Shown one piece after another: positions 12,598 to 27,316 of a stretch of 64,000 bases of DNA. Below the pieces are notes generated by a model. The model did not search any database and was not told the origin of the DNA. It was given only the letters and a program-made list of their open reading frames with translations. Every line of letters begins with the position of its first letter. Position 1 is the first letter of the stretch. Source of the DNA: Nymphaea colorata (Eukaryota); the NCBI RefSeq assembly GCF_008831285.2, contig NC_045138.2, positions 3,162,001-3,226,000 on the forward strand, written 5' to 3'. Made by a program: the position numbers and the translations under genes.

Positions 12598-13507
12598 GGC
12601 AATGAAGTTGAGGTGATCAACACAACTAATGTTTTCATATTTCTTGGAAAGAGAAAAACGCGGAAGAGTACACTAAGAATAAGCCATTTCAAAAAAGCTT
12701 CAGCCACGTGGAAACAAAGTTCTTCTTTTCCTACTTTTTATCCTTGGCATTTCAGTAATTCTCCGTTTTTTCTACACGTGGGGCGGTGTGATTCGTACAT
12801 TGAGGCTGCCGCTTCCCGTACGGCAAGAAACAAAAATTTTGGAATTCAATTTCCAACGGTCTTTGGTGCTTGGCGCCATCTGAAAGTTCGAAACGAGAAA
12901 GGAGGGAGAAGGACGGGGGCCCACCTTAGATGGATATGGATATTGGATAAGTCAAATAGTAAATGGATCCACTTGTTGTTTGGACATTTCGTCATGCAAA
13001 AACGGACACGAATGAACAGAACGCAACTTATTTGGATTTAGATACATTAATTAAACCCGAAATGCTACAAGAGTGCGTATTTGGAGACAAATCCTATTTC
13101 AAAAAGATATGTAAAATTAATTTCAAAAATAATCATTTTTCATTTTATTAAAAAAATCATTAAATGATATATAGTTTAAACTTTAAAATAATTTGCATTT
13201 TATTAAATGCATCAGGAGATTTAATAAAAAAAAAAAAAGCAACATCAGTCTAGAGGTCTTCCAAAGGGGCCAATATGATGTGTATGGTCCAGCATTAATT
13301 TTGCTATTTGTCATATGTGTGTGTTTGTGTATGTATGTGTGTGCATGTTGCACTCGTATCATGTGTGCATATGCATGTATGTAACGGAGATGGGACCATC
13401 GCGACTCGAAGCCAAGCATACTCATCCATCAGGATCAGAGGGAAATAGTACTCGCAAAGCTTTGTTTAGGGGCTTTTTTTAGTCAATCACGAATGCGTTG
13501 CTTTGAA

Positions 13508-13668
13508 CAGAGGTGGAACCAGAATTTTTTTTATGAAAGGGGCTGAATTATAGTTTTCAAAATTTTGACAGGAAACAATAAAATTTTTATAGAAGATAAA
13601 TATTTTTCTTCAAAAATTACATGTTTTTTTTTTTTAAGGAGGGTTAGCCCCCCTTTGGCTCTGCCCCT
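13508..13668. mobile_element. MITE with CAGGGGCGGA-type termini
   Basis: CAGAGGTGGAACCA ... TGGCTCTGCCCCT. Confidence 0.5.
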
Positions 13669-14132
13669 TAAAGCACTCACAAATCTTTAGAGTCATGGAA
13701 TTTCTAACTAGATATCTTCTATTTTCTTAAAAAAATGGGAGAAGCCAGAATTTTTCTATCGAGGGGCACGACATAAAAAAAACAATTGTAGGGGTCAATT
13801 GTATTTTTCAAACTTTTTACAGGAACCAAACAAGAATTTCCTCAAACTTTAGAAGGGTTTCAGAAGGGGCACCTGCCCTCATGATTTGCCAAAATATTTT
13901 AACATAAATACATCAATTGACCATTTTACCCTCCTTAAACTAGACTATTATATATTCTTTTCCGTTCTCTTAAATTTCTGATTCTATTGTAGTGGACCTA
14001 ACAGACTTTTCAAAAAAATCAATGGTTGAGAGAAACCAATGCTAATTAATGTACAAATAAATAATTTGAATGTGTTGCTGTGCCAATAAGTCCATATTTG
14101 CCTCTGATTTTATTTATTAGTAATTTTTCTAA

Positions 14133-14135
<3 letters not shown>

Positions 14136-14174
<39 letters not shown>
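14136..14174. repeat. (TA)n microsatellite
   Basis: Direct reading. Confidence 0.95.
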
Positions 14175-14176
<2 letters not shown>

Positions 14177-15786
14177 GTGTTTTTTTTTTCAGGAAGGGGA
14201 ATAGGTTGGTTAATACACACCAGTCAGATATACAGCTTGTTGGAACGTGGCCGAATCTGGGGATTTGTATAGCTGCTGGAACTTTGGCTGTCACAAAAAC
14301 AAAAAGTCAAAACTTATGAGAGCAGCTTTTAACATGACAAAGCCACATTTAAGCTAGGAAGGCAGTATCTGCCCAACTTGCTATATTAATTAATATGTAA
14401 TAAACATGACAATAAATTAAATATGAAAGAGAATCCAATTAAGGAGTCATATTGAATTTGGATTTAAGAAATGACATCCAATTAGATTGGGCTTTTAAAT
14501 AAACATCAAATCATCAATATAGCCCGTCAAACTTTACTATACCTCATATCATACATTTTGAAAGTCGATTCTTGACATATATTAATGTAGTTTGAAATTG
14601 ATTGTGAATTAATTAAAATCAAATTGGTGCATGGTCACATTCAAGTTGGAATATGTAATCATTTGATGAACTGATTATGTTAAATAATATATCTGATTCG
14701 AATCCAATTCGTTGACAATTTCTATGATTTTTTTATATAAAAAAATGAAAAGTTTTACGAGTGAGCAGAAGAGTATTTCATCCTACCACCCAAAAAGAGG
14801 ACTGAAGCCCTCAACCCTTCTGTCACATCCCACTAAGGTATGAGTTTGCTTTGAGTGGTTCGAGTTACCTATCTTTACTATGCTTCAACTTGCACATCAA
14901 TGTCTTTCTTTTACCGTGCATAAAATTGATGCCCCAAAAACACGAAACAAAGACTATCTAGGTCACACCCGATCTGTTGTACCAACCCCTCTAGAGTAAA
15001 AGCTTTACACTGGAAAGGTCAAAAATATCATGCATCTTAACCAAGTCTTGAGTGCAGTTGTAACTAAAAAGAAAGCACAAACAAAGAATCCAAGTAAAAT
15101 CTTCCTACCAACGAGCATGATAGTTTAGATAGAGAAAAAGTTGGATCAGATAAGGGTTATAATAATGATGATGGTATGTGTGTCCTAATTGAAAAGGTGC
15201 CAACAGGTGAGATGTTGCCAAACAAACCATTGTCATATTTAAAATGAATTGTGCCTGAGAGATAGAGAGAGACTACTATGTTCATGTTTTCACTATGAAA
15301 AATTATTTTTACAGAAACATGCGGAGTTTTTTATGAAATGACAAAAAAATATGCTTGGGTTTATGAAAAATTTGGTTAAACCAAAGCAATTTGAGCTTTG
15401 ACTTTGGTTTTAATATGTTATAAATGTGGCTTATATGGCACGTATGATGAAATTTGACGTGTAGATAGTGTTTGCTTTTCCATGTCAAATTATACTTTAA
15501 AATCACCAGATATTGACTTTCTATAGCTATCACTCTTGAAAATTTTCGAGTGAGTTATTATTCCTACCTACCAACTATCTCTTTTCTTCTCCTTGTAACT
15601 TCTATACATTTTCATGTCCATTTCAATAAATCGATCGAACAAAAAATGCTGAATTAAAGTTTTTAAATTTTGACTACGGTAGAAATATCATTTTTCAAAA
15701 TTTGTATATAAAACAAGTGAAATTTTTTAACATTTACATGCAATTCTTTTTTAAAAAAAATTGAGGTGGAACAAAGATCCATGCGG

Positions 15787-15874
15787 GCCTTACCTTGGCT
15801 TCGCCCTTGAACCAAGCGAATCACATGCCTGCCTTACCTTGGCTTCACCCCTGAACCAAGCGAATCACATGCCT
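15787..15874. repeat. 44-bp tandem duplication
   Basis: GCCTTACCTTGGCTTC.CCC.TGAACCAAGCGAATCACATGCCT x2. Confidence 0.9.
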
Positions 15875-16049
15875 GTATGTGGTTAAATTTAGCAAAAACT
15901 ATCTAAAAAATTAATTCTTGAGACATATTTGCATGGTTTTTCACACATGATATCTTTTATAAAAACTCAGTTTTTTTTTTTTTTTAATTTTATGTCTAAG
16001 TTGCACAATGGATCCATGCAGTGCTGCAGCTAACGCGTTAACTATTCCG

Positions 16050-16158
16050 CCAAAGGCATGCAAGAATGGTTAAACCCGAGGGAGCCGTTACTCGTGTTCG
16101 AATCCCATGGGCAACCACGCATTAGAACCTCTAGGTTCAAGTATGTTGTCAAAAAAAA
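16050..16158 (+). mobile_element. Possible tRNA-derived SINE fragment
   Basis: B-box GTTCGAATCC at 16096-16105, a weak A-box upstream (..CAAGAATGG) and an A8 tail at 16151. Confidence 0.3.
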
Positions 16159-16910
16159 TTAGCCTGAATCGGCCGAATCAAATCACTGGCAAACTTATTC
16201 GATTCTGCAACCCATTCAAGCAAGAATGTCATGTCTCTTTTCTTCATATTTTAATATTTTATTTTTTTAGTATTTAATCATTTATTTTTAAAGATTTTTT
16301 TTTCTTTCTACCTAAAAATAAAATAAAATAAATCGTGCAGAATGCTTATTGGGGTGTTCACATTTTGCAAATAAATAGATACTCTTGATCATCACAGCAT
16401 CATGCTGATAAGTCCTTTAACTTGACTTTATATTAAAATAATTCAAACAGGTAGAATGGTATGTGATATGTATGCATGTCCCTCATAAATACAGCGAGCT
16501 TTTTTTTTTCAAATTACCTTGATGGAATAATGAAAAGTCAACAAATACTAAAACACTTAAGAAAGCCAAAATTCTTCTTTAAAATATTCAGAAACTTGGC
16601 CATTTATCATGATCGCTTCATTTCGTTGGATATATCCAAAATCATGGAATTTTGGAATCAAAATACTCAATTTTTAAAAAAATTGGAATTATATTAAACA
16701 AACAAGGTATTTTGTTTCCAAAATTAAGAAATCAAAACCTGAAATTTTGATTCCATTCTAGTTTGAGGAGGAATATGATTCTGGAATTTTTATTCTTGAA
16801 TCAAAACTCGAAACCATCAAACGCCCCCTAAGATAATAAAATTGTACACTTGGTGCAACTGATTGTGAGTATAATCAAGAAAGCATTTTTTGATAAGGAT
16901 GTAATTATGA

Positions 16911-17474
16911 ATGTCAATGGATCATATTCAAATCAGATATCCAACTCAACTACTTCAAAAAAAGTTGAATATGGAAAGAGAAAACACATAAGTATGACAT
17001 TGGATCAGATTTAGAATTGAGGGATGACATCTAATCAGATTTGGACTCAGTTTCAACTAAATATCCATTTGGATTCAATTTCAAATTTTGATTCAGTTCT
17101 AAATAAGTGTCTTCTATCAAATATTGGTACGTTTTGAAAGTTGGTATTTAACATATTATAATGAAGTTCAGATGCAGTTTTAGATTCAGATTTGAATGTG
17201 AATTTAAAAGTCATATTCGGATCAAATTGAGATTTTGAATTTAAAAATCGGACTCGGATATGGTATTTTTCTTTATTGGTATCTGAATGCAAAGTCAAAT
17301 CTGAATATGTGAATGTTAGATAAATTGAATATGACAAATGGCACATCAAACTAAAATTTTAAGAATAAATTCAGGTCAAATCTTTTTTTACTCTCAATCG
17401 AGTAAGAGATTCTCAGTTCCGACTACCTGAAATTGGATTAGTGATTGGGTGTATCTGATTCATTTGCATTCCTA
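16911..17474. mobile_element. Non-autonomous DNA-transposon-like element rich in (A/T)TCGGAT/ATCCGA-like motifs
   Basis: Degenerate inverted ends ATGTCAATGGATC ... GATTCATTTGCAT. A similar element begins GATGTAAATGGATCGGAT at about 24103. Confidence 0.4.
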
Positions 17475-18927
17475 ACTTCTTATTCCTAACTTCTTATGTG
17501 AATGTTCTTACGCGGAAACTACCTTTTTTATTCTTGAGGAAGCGTTTGGCGACAGGGAACACACCACAACCCATAAGAAACACCTTTTATGCTTCAGTCC
17601 ATCTACTTCCACCCTGCAAAGTGTTCCAGAACAAAACAGAAACAGGGTGTTCTGTAGCACCATCGACCTCAGAAGGTTCACCAACGCGGTTTTGGCTCAT
17701 ACGACGTCGTCATGTGAGTTGCAGCTATCTGTTCTGTTCATAGTATCATGAACTGAGAAATGCTAACTACGGGGACTGCTGAATTAAGTGGCCATTTCAA
17801 TCTAATGTTAGTAAAACAAATAAAGTAGTCGAACAATTTTAAAAACAAAAAACAGGGTCCTTGTGAACTCTGTGCCAAGATGATCCACTCATTGAAGATG
17901 ACACAACTCTGCAATTCCAATTATTAGAGAAATATATAAAGTTGAGAGAAAATTAAACTTCTAAGAAAATTAAAAGTTGCCCCAGATATAAATAATCAAA
18001 GACGAAATGCTTTGCAAACCTAAAACAAATTCCAACTTCAGTATATGAAATAAGCATAGAATAAGATGTATAACAAAAATAAAAACAGATGGCAACTTAC
18101 GAGACCAATGCAGATGCAGGTTAGAAGAACAGGTCATGGATTTGATTTAGGCCAGAAAAGAACCTCTCCCATGCACACCTCCGCAGGCTAACTTCTGAAG
18201 ATGAACCAGCAGGTAGGGGATCAAGGATCCAGTAATCTCAGTATGAAAGCAATATTAACCAAAATTGTGTTCAAAAAGTAAACGGCAAAACGAAGAAATT
18301 TGACAAGAAAGGGTCAGCACATATGTTTAAGACAATGTTATATGTTTCGTTTCACATGACATGTTGAAATATATGGTCGTATCAGGAAGCTCTTGATAAA
18401 TATCTCATAGTCGGAAGAATGCAAAAGATTGCGAGAACAACCATGACGTTTTCTAAACATCACTAACATTTGATACACGTGCCAAAACAAAGAGGAAAAT
18501 TCACGATTAACCTTGTTTGCCCACACTGAGAAAGAGAGAAAAGAAATTGAGCAAAAAGGAAAACAGGCATGGTGGAAGTTAATGGTGGATTGTTATGAGA
18601 GAAACAGTAACAGCAACAGCAACAAAAGCTCTTAGTTTGACTACCTTTATGCTGTCATTGTTACTATAACTGTTCCTGCAATTTGAAGCAGCAAAGCTAG
18701 ACGACGTCATTATGCAATTGAACTTACTGAAGTATGAAAATATAGAAGGAAGAAAGGACAAGGGTATGAAAGAAAAGTTACTCACCTTAATGAATTGTTT
18801 ACACAAAGATAACAAACTAAAACAAGAAAATATACACAGTTACAAACGTGTAAAATGCTACAGAACCGTGATTTTCCAAAATGTTTCTTCCGAAACGTCT
18901 GAGCTCCTTCCTGATAGCCCTGCTGGG

Positions 18928-19222
18928 GGCCACTTCTCTTTTCAGTAAGATGTCTGCACTCCCTGAAATTTTGAAGCTTGAAGGATGATCCATCAAATAT
19001 GAATTAACAAAAAGGTGCTTGCAAAAAGATAGCAAACAGACACAATGTTACTGATTTACAGTTCACTGCCCGGATGGGGTAATAGGCCCCTTCTCTTTTT
19101 AGCGAGATGTCTGCACTCTCTGAAATTTTGAAGCTTGAAGGATGATCCATCAAATATGAATTAACAAACAGGGGCTTGCAAAAAGATAGCGAACAGACAC
19201 AATGTTACTGATTTACAGTTCA
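18928..19222. repeat. 157-bp-period duplication in the kinase 3'UTR
   Basis: GATGTCTGCACT...ACAATGTTACTGATTTACAGTTCA occurs at about 18928-19065 and 19085-19222. Confidence 0.9.
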
Positions 19223-22026
19223 AGCGTTCCCACCATCTGATGCCAGCCTGCTTCCCCGTGAACTCGAACCCCACTTCATAGCCTCAGCAATTGCTTGTTG
19301 CCGCTCTGCAGCACTTAATGCATCCACTCCTATGTCTTGAATGGGCGATGCCACAGGTGAAGGATTTTTAACACAAAAATCATCAGTTGGCATTGAGAGG
19401 AAACTAAGGGCAGTCACCACATCAGCAATAGAAGGTCGGGTTGAAGCTTCCTCTTGGAGGCACATGGCAGCAACTGCAATTGCTTGATTTAGACCTTTTT
19501 CCGGGTAGTTTCCTTTGAGCTTTGGGTCCGCCAATTCATGATATCTCTTCTGATCCCGGAAAATCGGTTGTGCCTATCCAGTAAAATGAAAAGGCGATTA
19601 ACATCTGCTGGGTTGATATTCTGAGAAAAAACAATGAAAATTACGGCATCCATTGGCTTCTCTAGACTTGCAAATAACATGGAACGTAAGGTAAGAGCAA
19701 TCACAACCATTTGAGATGCACAAACAACAGGGACCAAATTACCAAGTTAATGCTTAATTTTTAGAAAGATCATTAAAACTTGAAAAACCAATAGATAGTT
19801 CCCAACAAAAGGTTTGCTAAATCCATTTCCAAACAGCTTAAAGTATCCAAAATTTCCTAGATCTACAGTTGCTTTGAAGTTTGGATGAGTACGCAAGAGA
19901 CCCTGCAAACTGCTTCTAGTCTGTTGTACATGGTCCGAGAAGAAACAGTAAATTTCACAAATACCAGCATCAGTATAAGAACACATTCTGTAGCTGTTGC
20001 ATGAGCTTATCACTTCTTGGATAATGTTGACAAGAAGAAAGAAAAGAAGAAAAAGCAAAGAGCTAGAGGTGGATGGACACCTTCCTTTTTGCTTAAAGTT
20101 CGTTTTGCTCTTCCATGGTCATTTTCACAAAATAAAACAAAGAGAAGGGGAAAAGAAAACAGAGGATGCTTTACATACTTAGGACATTAAGGATACAATG
20201 CTACATACCCAATTGACCAAATTTTGCTCATCTCCATGCCTAGCAGTATTGATGGCCCTTCTTCCTGTAATGATCTCCAAGAGAACAACCCCAAAACTAT
20301 AGACATCAGACTTTACAGTTAGTTGACCAGTTCGAGCATACTCTGGTGCACAGTATCCATAAGTCCCCATCACACGTGAAGATACATGTGTCTTATCACC
20401 CACAGGACCCAGTTTAGCAAGTCCAAAATCAGACAGTTTCGCGTTGAACTCCTTGTCCAATAAAATATTAGAAGATTTCAGGTCTCGATAGATAACAGGT
20501 GGGTTGGCCTTGTCATGCAAATATTCTAATCCTTTAGCAGCTCCAGTAGCTATTTTCATTCTAATAAACCACTCCAAAGGCTTTTGCTTAGGTGATACAT
20601 CTGCAAAGACATTGTGTAGTTTCTATGTATTAAAAATTTAAAACTGCCAGATCCACAAGATAAAAGGTACAAGCTATAGACGGTGGAGTTCTTCTAAGAA
20701 GGAAACTTGGCACTGCAATCAATAACATAAGCTGTTCCCAGCTTACATGAAAAATAATTATATAAAACAAAAAGCACTACCAAGTAGATGACCCTCCAGA
20801 GATCCCAATGGCATAAACTCGTATACCAAAAGCCTTTGATCACCATCAGCGCAGTACCCAATCAAGTTGACCAGATTTGGGTGGTGAAGGAGACTAAGCA
20901 TTAGCACCTCAACAAGGAACTCTCTGTTCCCTTGTAGCCCATTGCGGTCGAGCTGCTTAATAGCCACAACCTGATGAAGGAAAGTTAAATTGATATAATA
21001 AGAGGCTCAACAATCCAAATTAACTAGAACCACATTGGAAAACCTCACTACCTGACCAGTACCCTCGAGTTGTCCCTTATAAACTCTTCCAAAACCTCCT
21101 TCACCTATAAGACATTCAGATCGGAAATTTTTGGTAGCAGATGCTAATTCACGGAAAGTGAATGTCTGTGCTGTAATATTTCCATTACCAACTTTATTAC
21201 TTCCCTCTTGTTTGCCGTCAGCTGAAACCTTCTGCTTCTCTGAAACGCGAAAAAATTAGGTCGCTTACTTGTTAACTGAGTAACTAAATTCAATACTCGA
21301 TTCATCGTTGTTTTTTCTTTTAACATACAGAAGATTGCAGAAAGCATAAAGAGAAAAAATTTTAGGGTTATAGGCATTCCAAATATTAGTCAAGTCCAAC
21401 GCAACACCATAGAGTTTTCAACGTCCTTTTTTCCTTTTTTGTTTTTATTTGTCTCTATTTTTCTATTTGTAATGTCTTTTCTCTCTCCAACAGTCCAGAC
21501 CTATCCAAGGCTTTCCTTATAACTTGACAACTACCATTAATTGGGCACAAAAACTTGCCTGTTGCTCTAACGAATGCTGCATCATAACTTTCATACGAAA
21601 TTCAACCCTTGGGAGCAGCAGAACCTAGACCATGATGCAAGTAAGTGACTTAAAACTATGCTCGCCACCAAAAGGCCACGTGTGTAGCACCATGTTCTTA
21701 TGATTAAGCTTCAACAACCTACTGTTTTCGTTCACGATTCTATTCCATTTAAACCAGCTTTATTTGACATCAAAGTAACGGCAAAACAAAGTTAACCTTT
21801 CGTAAAATTTGAATGAAGATCACGCAGTTCAACAGAGTTCGCAAATCCATTCTTCACGAAACAATAAGAAAAAAGGACGACACCATCAAAGGATATGAAC
21901 GAGAATAGAAATAAAAGCATGCTGCAGAGAGGAAGAACATATACCAGATAGTTGCCCCGATCTTTCCTTCCAGCCAACGGATTTCTTTGCTAACTTCACG
22001 GACATAAAACAAGGAAAGCAGCTCAT
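19220..22026 (-). CDS. Receptor-like cytoplasmic kinase, RLCK-VII (PBS1-like, PBL25/PBL26 type), 401 aa
   Basis: Exons 22026-21945, 21239-21052, 20970-20781, 20600-20209, 19573-19220 total 1206 nt. Motifs: MSCFPCF N-terminus, [77 protein letters not shown]. Confidence 0.95.
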
Positions 22027-25000
22027 TTCTGCAATACTCTATCCGAAATCCTTCCTCCCCAAATCCCAAATGCTACGAAGAAGAAAAATGATAAACCAAC
22101 CAGAATTCCGACTGCCCAACAATTGAAACCATAGGCTGATCCTAAATTCGAACAGACTTAGCTAGAAAACCAAGAAAGTTCGGAATGCCAACATTGTAGA
22201 ATTCCCCGGTTAGCTAGAAAACCAAGAAAGTTCGGAACACACATTTCATCCGTTTACCACGTAAATTGAAACATGGAAAGATGTCAAGACACAAAGGTAG
22301 GAAAGAGAGAAGGGAGCAAACGAGGATTCGTGTAAGGAGGAAAGATAAGGAAGAGGAAGGTGCAGAAGACGATGAGGGAAAAGGGTGGTGGAGGGCATCG
22401 GCTGGGAATAGAGGAAAAGGTCGACATTTTGAAGGGGTGGAACACAAGACGTGGATGCCAAATTTGGTGTGCAAGTTCTGGAGAATCCTTGGAGTTCCAG
22501 GCTATGATGGAGGGAGGGGCAGTTGGAAGGCTTTGCTAATATTGGCGACGTCATGAGGAGGGCGGGACAGAATTTTGACCAGAACAAGAATGGAGAGGAG
22601 CTTCTCTATGCCTCATGGGCCTGCGGCTTCTGCCGCATTAAATAATTTTCAGGATTCTACAAGGATCCCTCATTTCTCGACCATATTGTAGAATGGATCC
22701 TTCTTTTATTGCCTGCTACTCAGCTCCACCTTTTAAGCAACGTCTGCAAAAGAGTCACTTGACAGTCATAAAACTTTTGTACATCCTGTTGGGAATACAT
22801 TGGTAAGAATATCTGTTTCATCGTTAGATCGTTACACAAAACAAGATTAGATGAACATGATTATAATTCAAGAACCAACCCAAAAATTTATGTTTTTGCC
22901 CATTCGAATCATATCTTTTAAGCAGAAAAATGTTGAATGTTGACCTTTCATTTCAAAATCTTATAAAAGATTTGATTATCCTTCTATACAGAAAAAATCG
23001 ACAAGCATGTTTTTATTTAAAGACGTTCATGCTTTTAACATAGAGATCAAAGGCAACATCAAAATATCCAGGATTAGCAAATATTTCGCTTGGTCTAGTA
23101 GCTATTTCAACATGACAAAACATTAACCACAGCCACTTCAACGTACTCTAATAAATTAACATTCATTAGCAGTGCAAAAGATAACGACCAATTCACAAAG
23201 CAATCATGACACAAGGAATAACCAGAAACATGCTTCAAATGAGAAGGACCAATGCTGATGTACGCTGGATTGTTGTTAGACGGCTAAATTGTAAAAATTT
23301 GTCGCTAAAGTCACCATAAAAAATTATTTGCCACAAACTTTAGTTAATACTAATTTAGTGACTTTTTAATATTAAATTTTTAAATTTTAGTCATCTACCA
23401 GCATCTGACATGCAACAGTTACTATGTGTATAGAAAAATTAAAATTTCAAAAACACTACTATCCTTTGTTATACCATAAATCGTGACTAGTGCTTCTGTT
23501 TTATGGTGTTTTTAGCGATGGTTAAATATTTTGTCATTTAGCAACATTTAGCAGCCAACTAATTTCTACTTAATATATATATGAGTGAGTAAATAATGAC
23601 TTTAGCTATTCAGAGTTATTCAGTCATCTAATAGGGCTGTCCATCTAATGCAGTTAGATGGTTAAGACAAATACATGGAGAAAAGGGCGAAAACTAATAT
23701 TATATGATGAAAATAGCCGTCACCTTTTTTTCTTTGTTTTACTCTTAACCGCCCATCATAATGGATTAGACGGTCTTTTATATATATATATATATATATA
23801 TATGTGATTTTCAACAATTTAGAATTGCTATGTTATTAAATGTTGATTTACTCTTTTGAATGGAATCAGTTTAATAAAACAGGTTAAATGCCAGCCGATC
23901 CTGAGGCCCATGCCCGCCCTTACAGACATTGTGCTTGCCATGGAAAAAGGCACAGCTGGAAGAGGGCCCCAACTATGACTTGTATAAGCCAAGCAGGCAT
24001 AATGTCCAGACCTGGTCGTGTTAGCGTGTGAGACTAGAGTTCGATCCCATATGATTTTCAAATCCAGACTAGAATCCAAATTCAAACCTGAGCATGGCTG
24101 GTGATGTAAATGGATCGGATTTGCTTCATATATCTGACCAAACTGCTTTTAACAAGTCAAAGCAATTTAACATCCAAAACGACTACCAATACAATTCAAG
24201 TTCAATTTTTAAATAACCATTCAATCAAATAATAAACATTGATATCTTCAGTTAAATTTTCTTGTATCCAATATATATACATTTTGCAAGTCTGTTTTAA
24301 CATATCATAATTGTGTGTCGAACATGATTATGAATTTAAAAGCGGATTTCCAATCAGATTTTGTTTATAAATTTAAAGGACAGATGTAGTATGTAATTTT
24401 CTCCACTTTTGTTTGAATATAAATACGTGAACATCTGATAGATCGGAGATGGCAAAAAGCGAACCTGATCAGGGCCAAACCTCTTGACATCTCTTAGTAT
24501 GGCAAGCAGTTAATGTGCTTTTTACATATAATTGGATTCAGGTTTACTCCAAATGTCGAGTATAGGAATTGGATGTGGATTGAATTGTATATAGAGAGCG
24601 AAATCTGATTAATGAACACATCTTCTGTTTTCGTGAATCTATTACTCCAAATCAATGTGATGGTAAGATCCTAACTGTACTTACCCAAAACTGAATCTAT
24701 TTAGTCTGATCAAAAAAGGAAAATGGGACCAAATTCTAATCATGCTCGGACTCGCTGCAAGGTTTAGGTGACTGATTGTGGACTCCAATGTCAGATCCTC
24801 ACAAGTTTAGTTATGTGTGTGCATACCTCCCCAGCAAGAGGCCAAAGCAACCCCTCCTTTCCACCCATAGAGTCAAGTCAAGAGCTTCTTTAAAAACAAA
24901 AATCGTCAACTAGAACATCCCATCACCATTCGTGTTCAATGCCCACGGGAATTGAATTGCCGTCGGAACTCTTATCCCACTTCACCGGACTTCAGCTTTT

Positions 25001-25279
25001 TCATTTTTGGAGAAAGAAAGCGAGAGAACAGTTTCACTGCGCTAGCTCTGGGGTTTTTCAGGTGATATCCGTGCAACCGTGGAGAATAGGCAAATGCTCG
25101 GTTGGTCCATCACACGCGAACTAGTGAGAGTTTGGATAGGTAATCCGAGATGCACCTTCTGAGATGTGCTGTGCACGAAGGCGCTTAAAAGCGGGTCACT
25201 TTCGTTCCAACAACGTGCAGCCTTAGTCGGCATTCTGCAAGCATGATTCGACATCAAAGACAAAGGCCCGGACCTAATC

Positions 25280-25282
<3 letters not shown>

Positions 25283-25327
<45 letters not shown>
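25283..25327. repeat. (GA)n microsatellite
   Basis: Direct reading. Confidence 0.95.
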
Positions 25328-25331
<4 letters not shown>

Positions 25332-27316
25332 CAAAGAAAATCAGCTTCTGGGCTTTCTGATTTTTTCATTGAAATGAAGCACTTCTTTCTGAAGACCACT
25401 TCTTTTCGTCAGAAAACGGCGGCACTGAGAAGGAAATTAGAGTGCTCCAATGCAGCGTTTAACTTTTCCGATCGACGGCTACTGGTGTTAACCCCTAAAT
25501 CTATTTAAACATCAGGTAATAACAAAAACGTCACATAAGAAAACTGTTCATAACAATATGTAACATGTTGTAATCGATTGCTAGTCGGCGGCCTCCATCC
25601 CCAGAAGTCTTGCACTTCAGAACGCCGTGGCTGCAACGAGCATTCAAAGTCCACATTTGTAGTGTCGGGTGGATCTCACTCTCTCTCTCTATCTATCCAT
25701 CACATAAGAAAACTATTCAAAACGCTATGTACGCTTTGTAGTGTCGGGTGGATCTCTCCCTCTCGCTAGCACAACACGCACACGCACCAGCACAGCACAC
25801 ACCTGCCCTACTATTTCAATATTGCATTGGATTTCAAGGTCACTTGGGGCAGGCAATCGGCTCCCTTGTTTGCTTGGTACCAGGCTAAGCTCAAGCACAA
25901 GATAGGAGAACAGACGCAGGCAGAGACAGAGGTTGCACAAGCTATGATCAATTCGTTCGATCTTGTTTACCAGCCTTGTCAGGCAAGTCAGACCATCAAT
26001 TATTTGAAAGGCTAATGGCTAAAAGATCAATATGGCATCTACGGAATCATTATAACTTCCAGAATTTTCTTCTTTCATTGTTTTTGGAATAGCAAGTAGG
26101 TTGTTTATTAGGCAGACCCTGCTATCAGTAGCATCAGAAAGAACAAGAGAAAAGTGTACGCACAGAACGACAAAGGAAAATGATGACAACAGAAGATGAA
26201 ATGAGAGAAGGAACAAGAGTGAAACTTTTTACGTGTCCCACTAGAAAGAAAAGCAAGAAGATTTTTATCTAAGGAACTTTCGCCAGGTTACAGGAACGCC
26301 CAGATGTGAATAGTGGGAAGAAACAGAATAACGTACAACTTTTTTTTTTACAAATCCTTCAAAAACACACTAAAAATGCACACAGACGGGATGCGCATGA
26401 AGCACCACGTATGAAGGTCTAAAAAAATCTACCATGCAGGACTTCTGCAGGACTTCGAAAAGGTGATCTTGAAAGACCAACACTGATTGTCAGAAACTAT
26501 CAAAAGTTAGAAAAAGACACACGAGTTGCCACTCCAATTTACAATATATATCCACGTTCTGTGCAAAGTAAATGTTTTCAGGATTCACAAAGAGAAATGA
26601 TGCATACCCAGTTCCAACTTTGGTTGACTCTGCAAAGGCCGCAAAATAGGTGTAGGTTCAGATAGGACTAAAACAATATATTGTTCTTTCCAGCTTTATC
26701 AGGTTTACAAGGGTAAACAATAATTGACACCTGGTGACCATGGACAAGCTTCTCCTCTAAGGGCCCCAGCTTAGCAGATACTGGCGCAACGGCAAAGCAA
26801 TTTCAAAAACTCAAGTGCAGATATGTGGTTGACTGGACCAGAACCCGTACGATTGAGGTGGGTACAGTGACCTTGAAGAGTGAAGGTTACATAAATCATC
26901 AGAGTCCATGGGATGTGAATCAGGTAGTATTATATTAGACGTCTTCATCAGAAATAATTGAACAACGTTCAAACTCGACAAATAGCATGAAGGGCAATTG
27001 CATCATAAAAACTGCTGAATGATACAGAGAGGTAGAATTGCCATAAATTACTGCAGGTTTACAACACGATTGGACAAAGTCTATCACTGGACAAAGCAAA
27101 AACATCACTAATTTGACTCATCAGCCTGCAGCACTCAACCAAAATGGCCTTGGGAGGATATAATCTGGTTTCACATCATGTATGGAGCTGCCTTATGGGT
27201 CATAACATAGGTATGAAAAAATTGCAGTAAGATATACAATTGAACAGGGTTTACCTAATATCGCTGCCAACTTGCATTGAATCGCTGTGAGGCTGTGAAG
27301 AGGTTAAGATCTCCAC

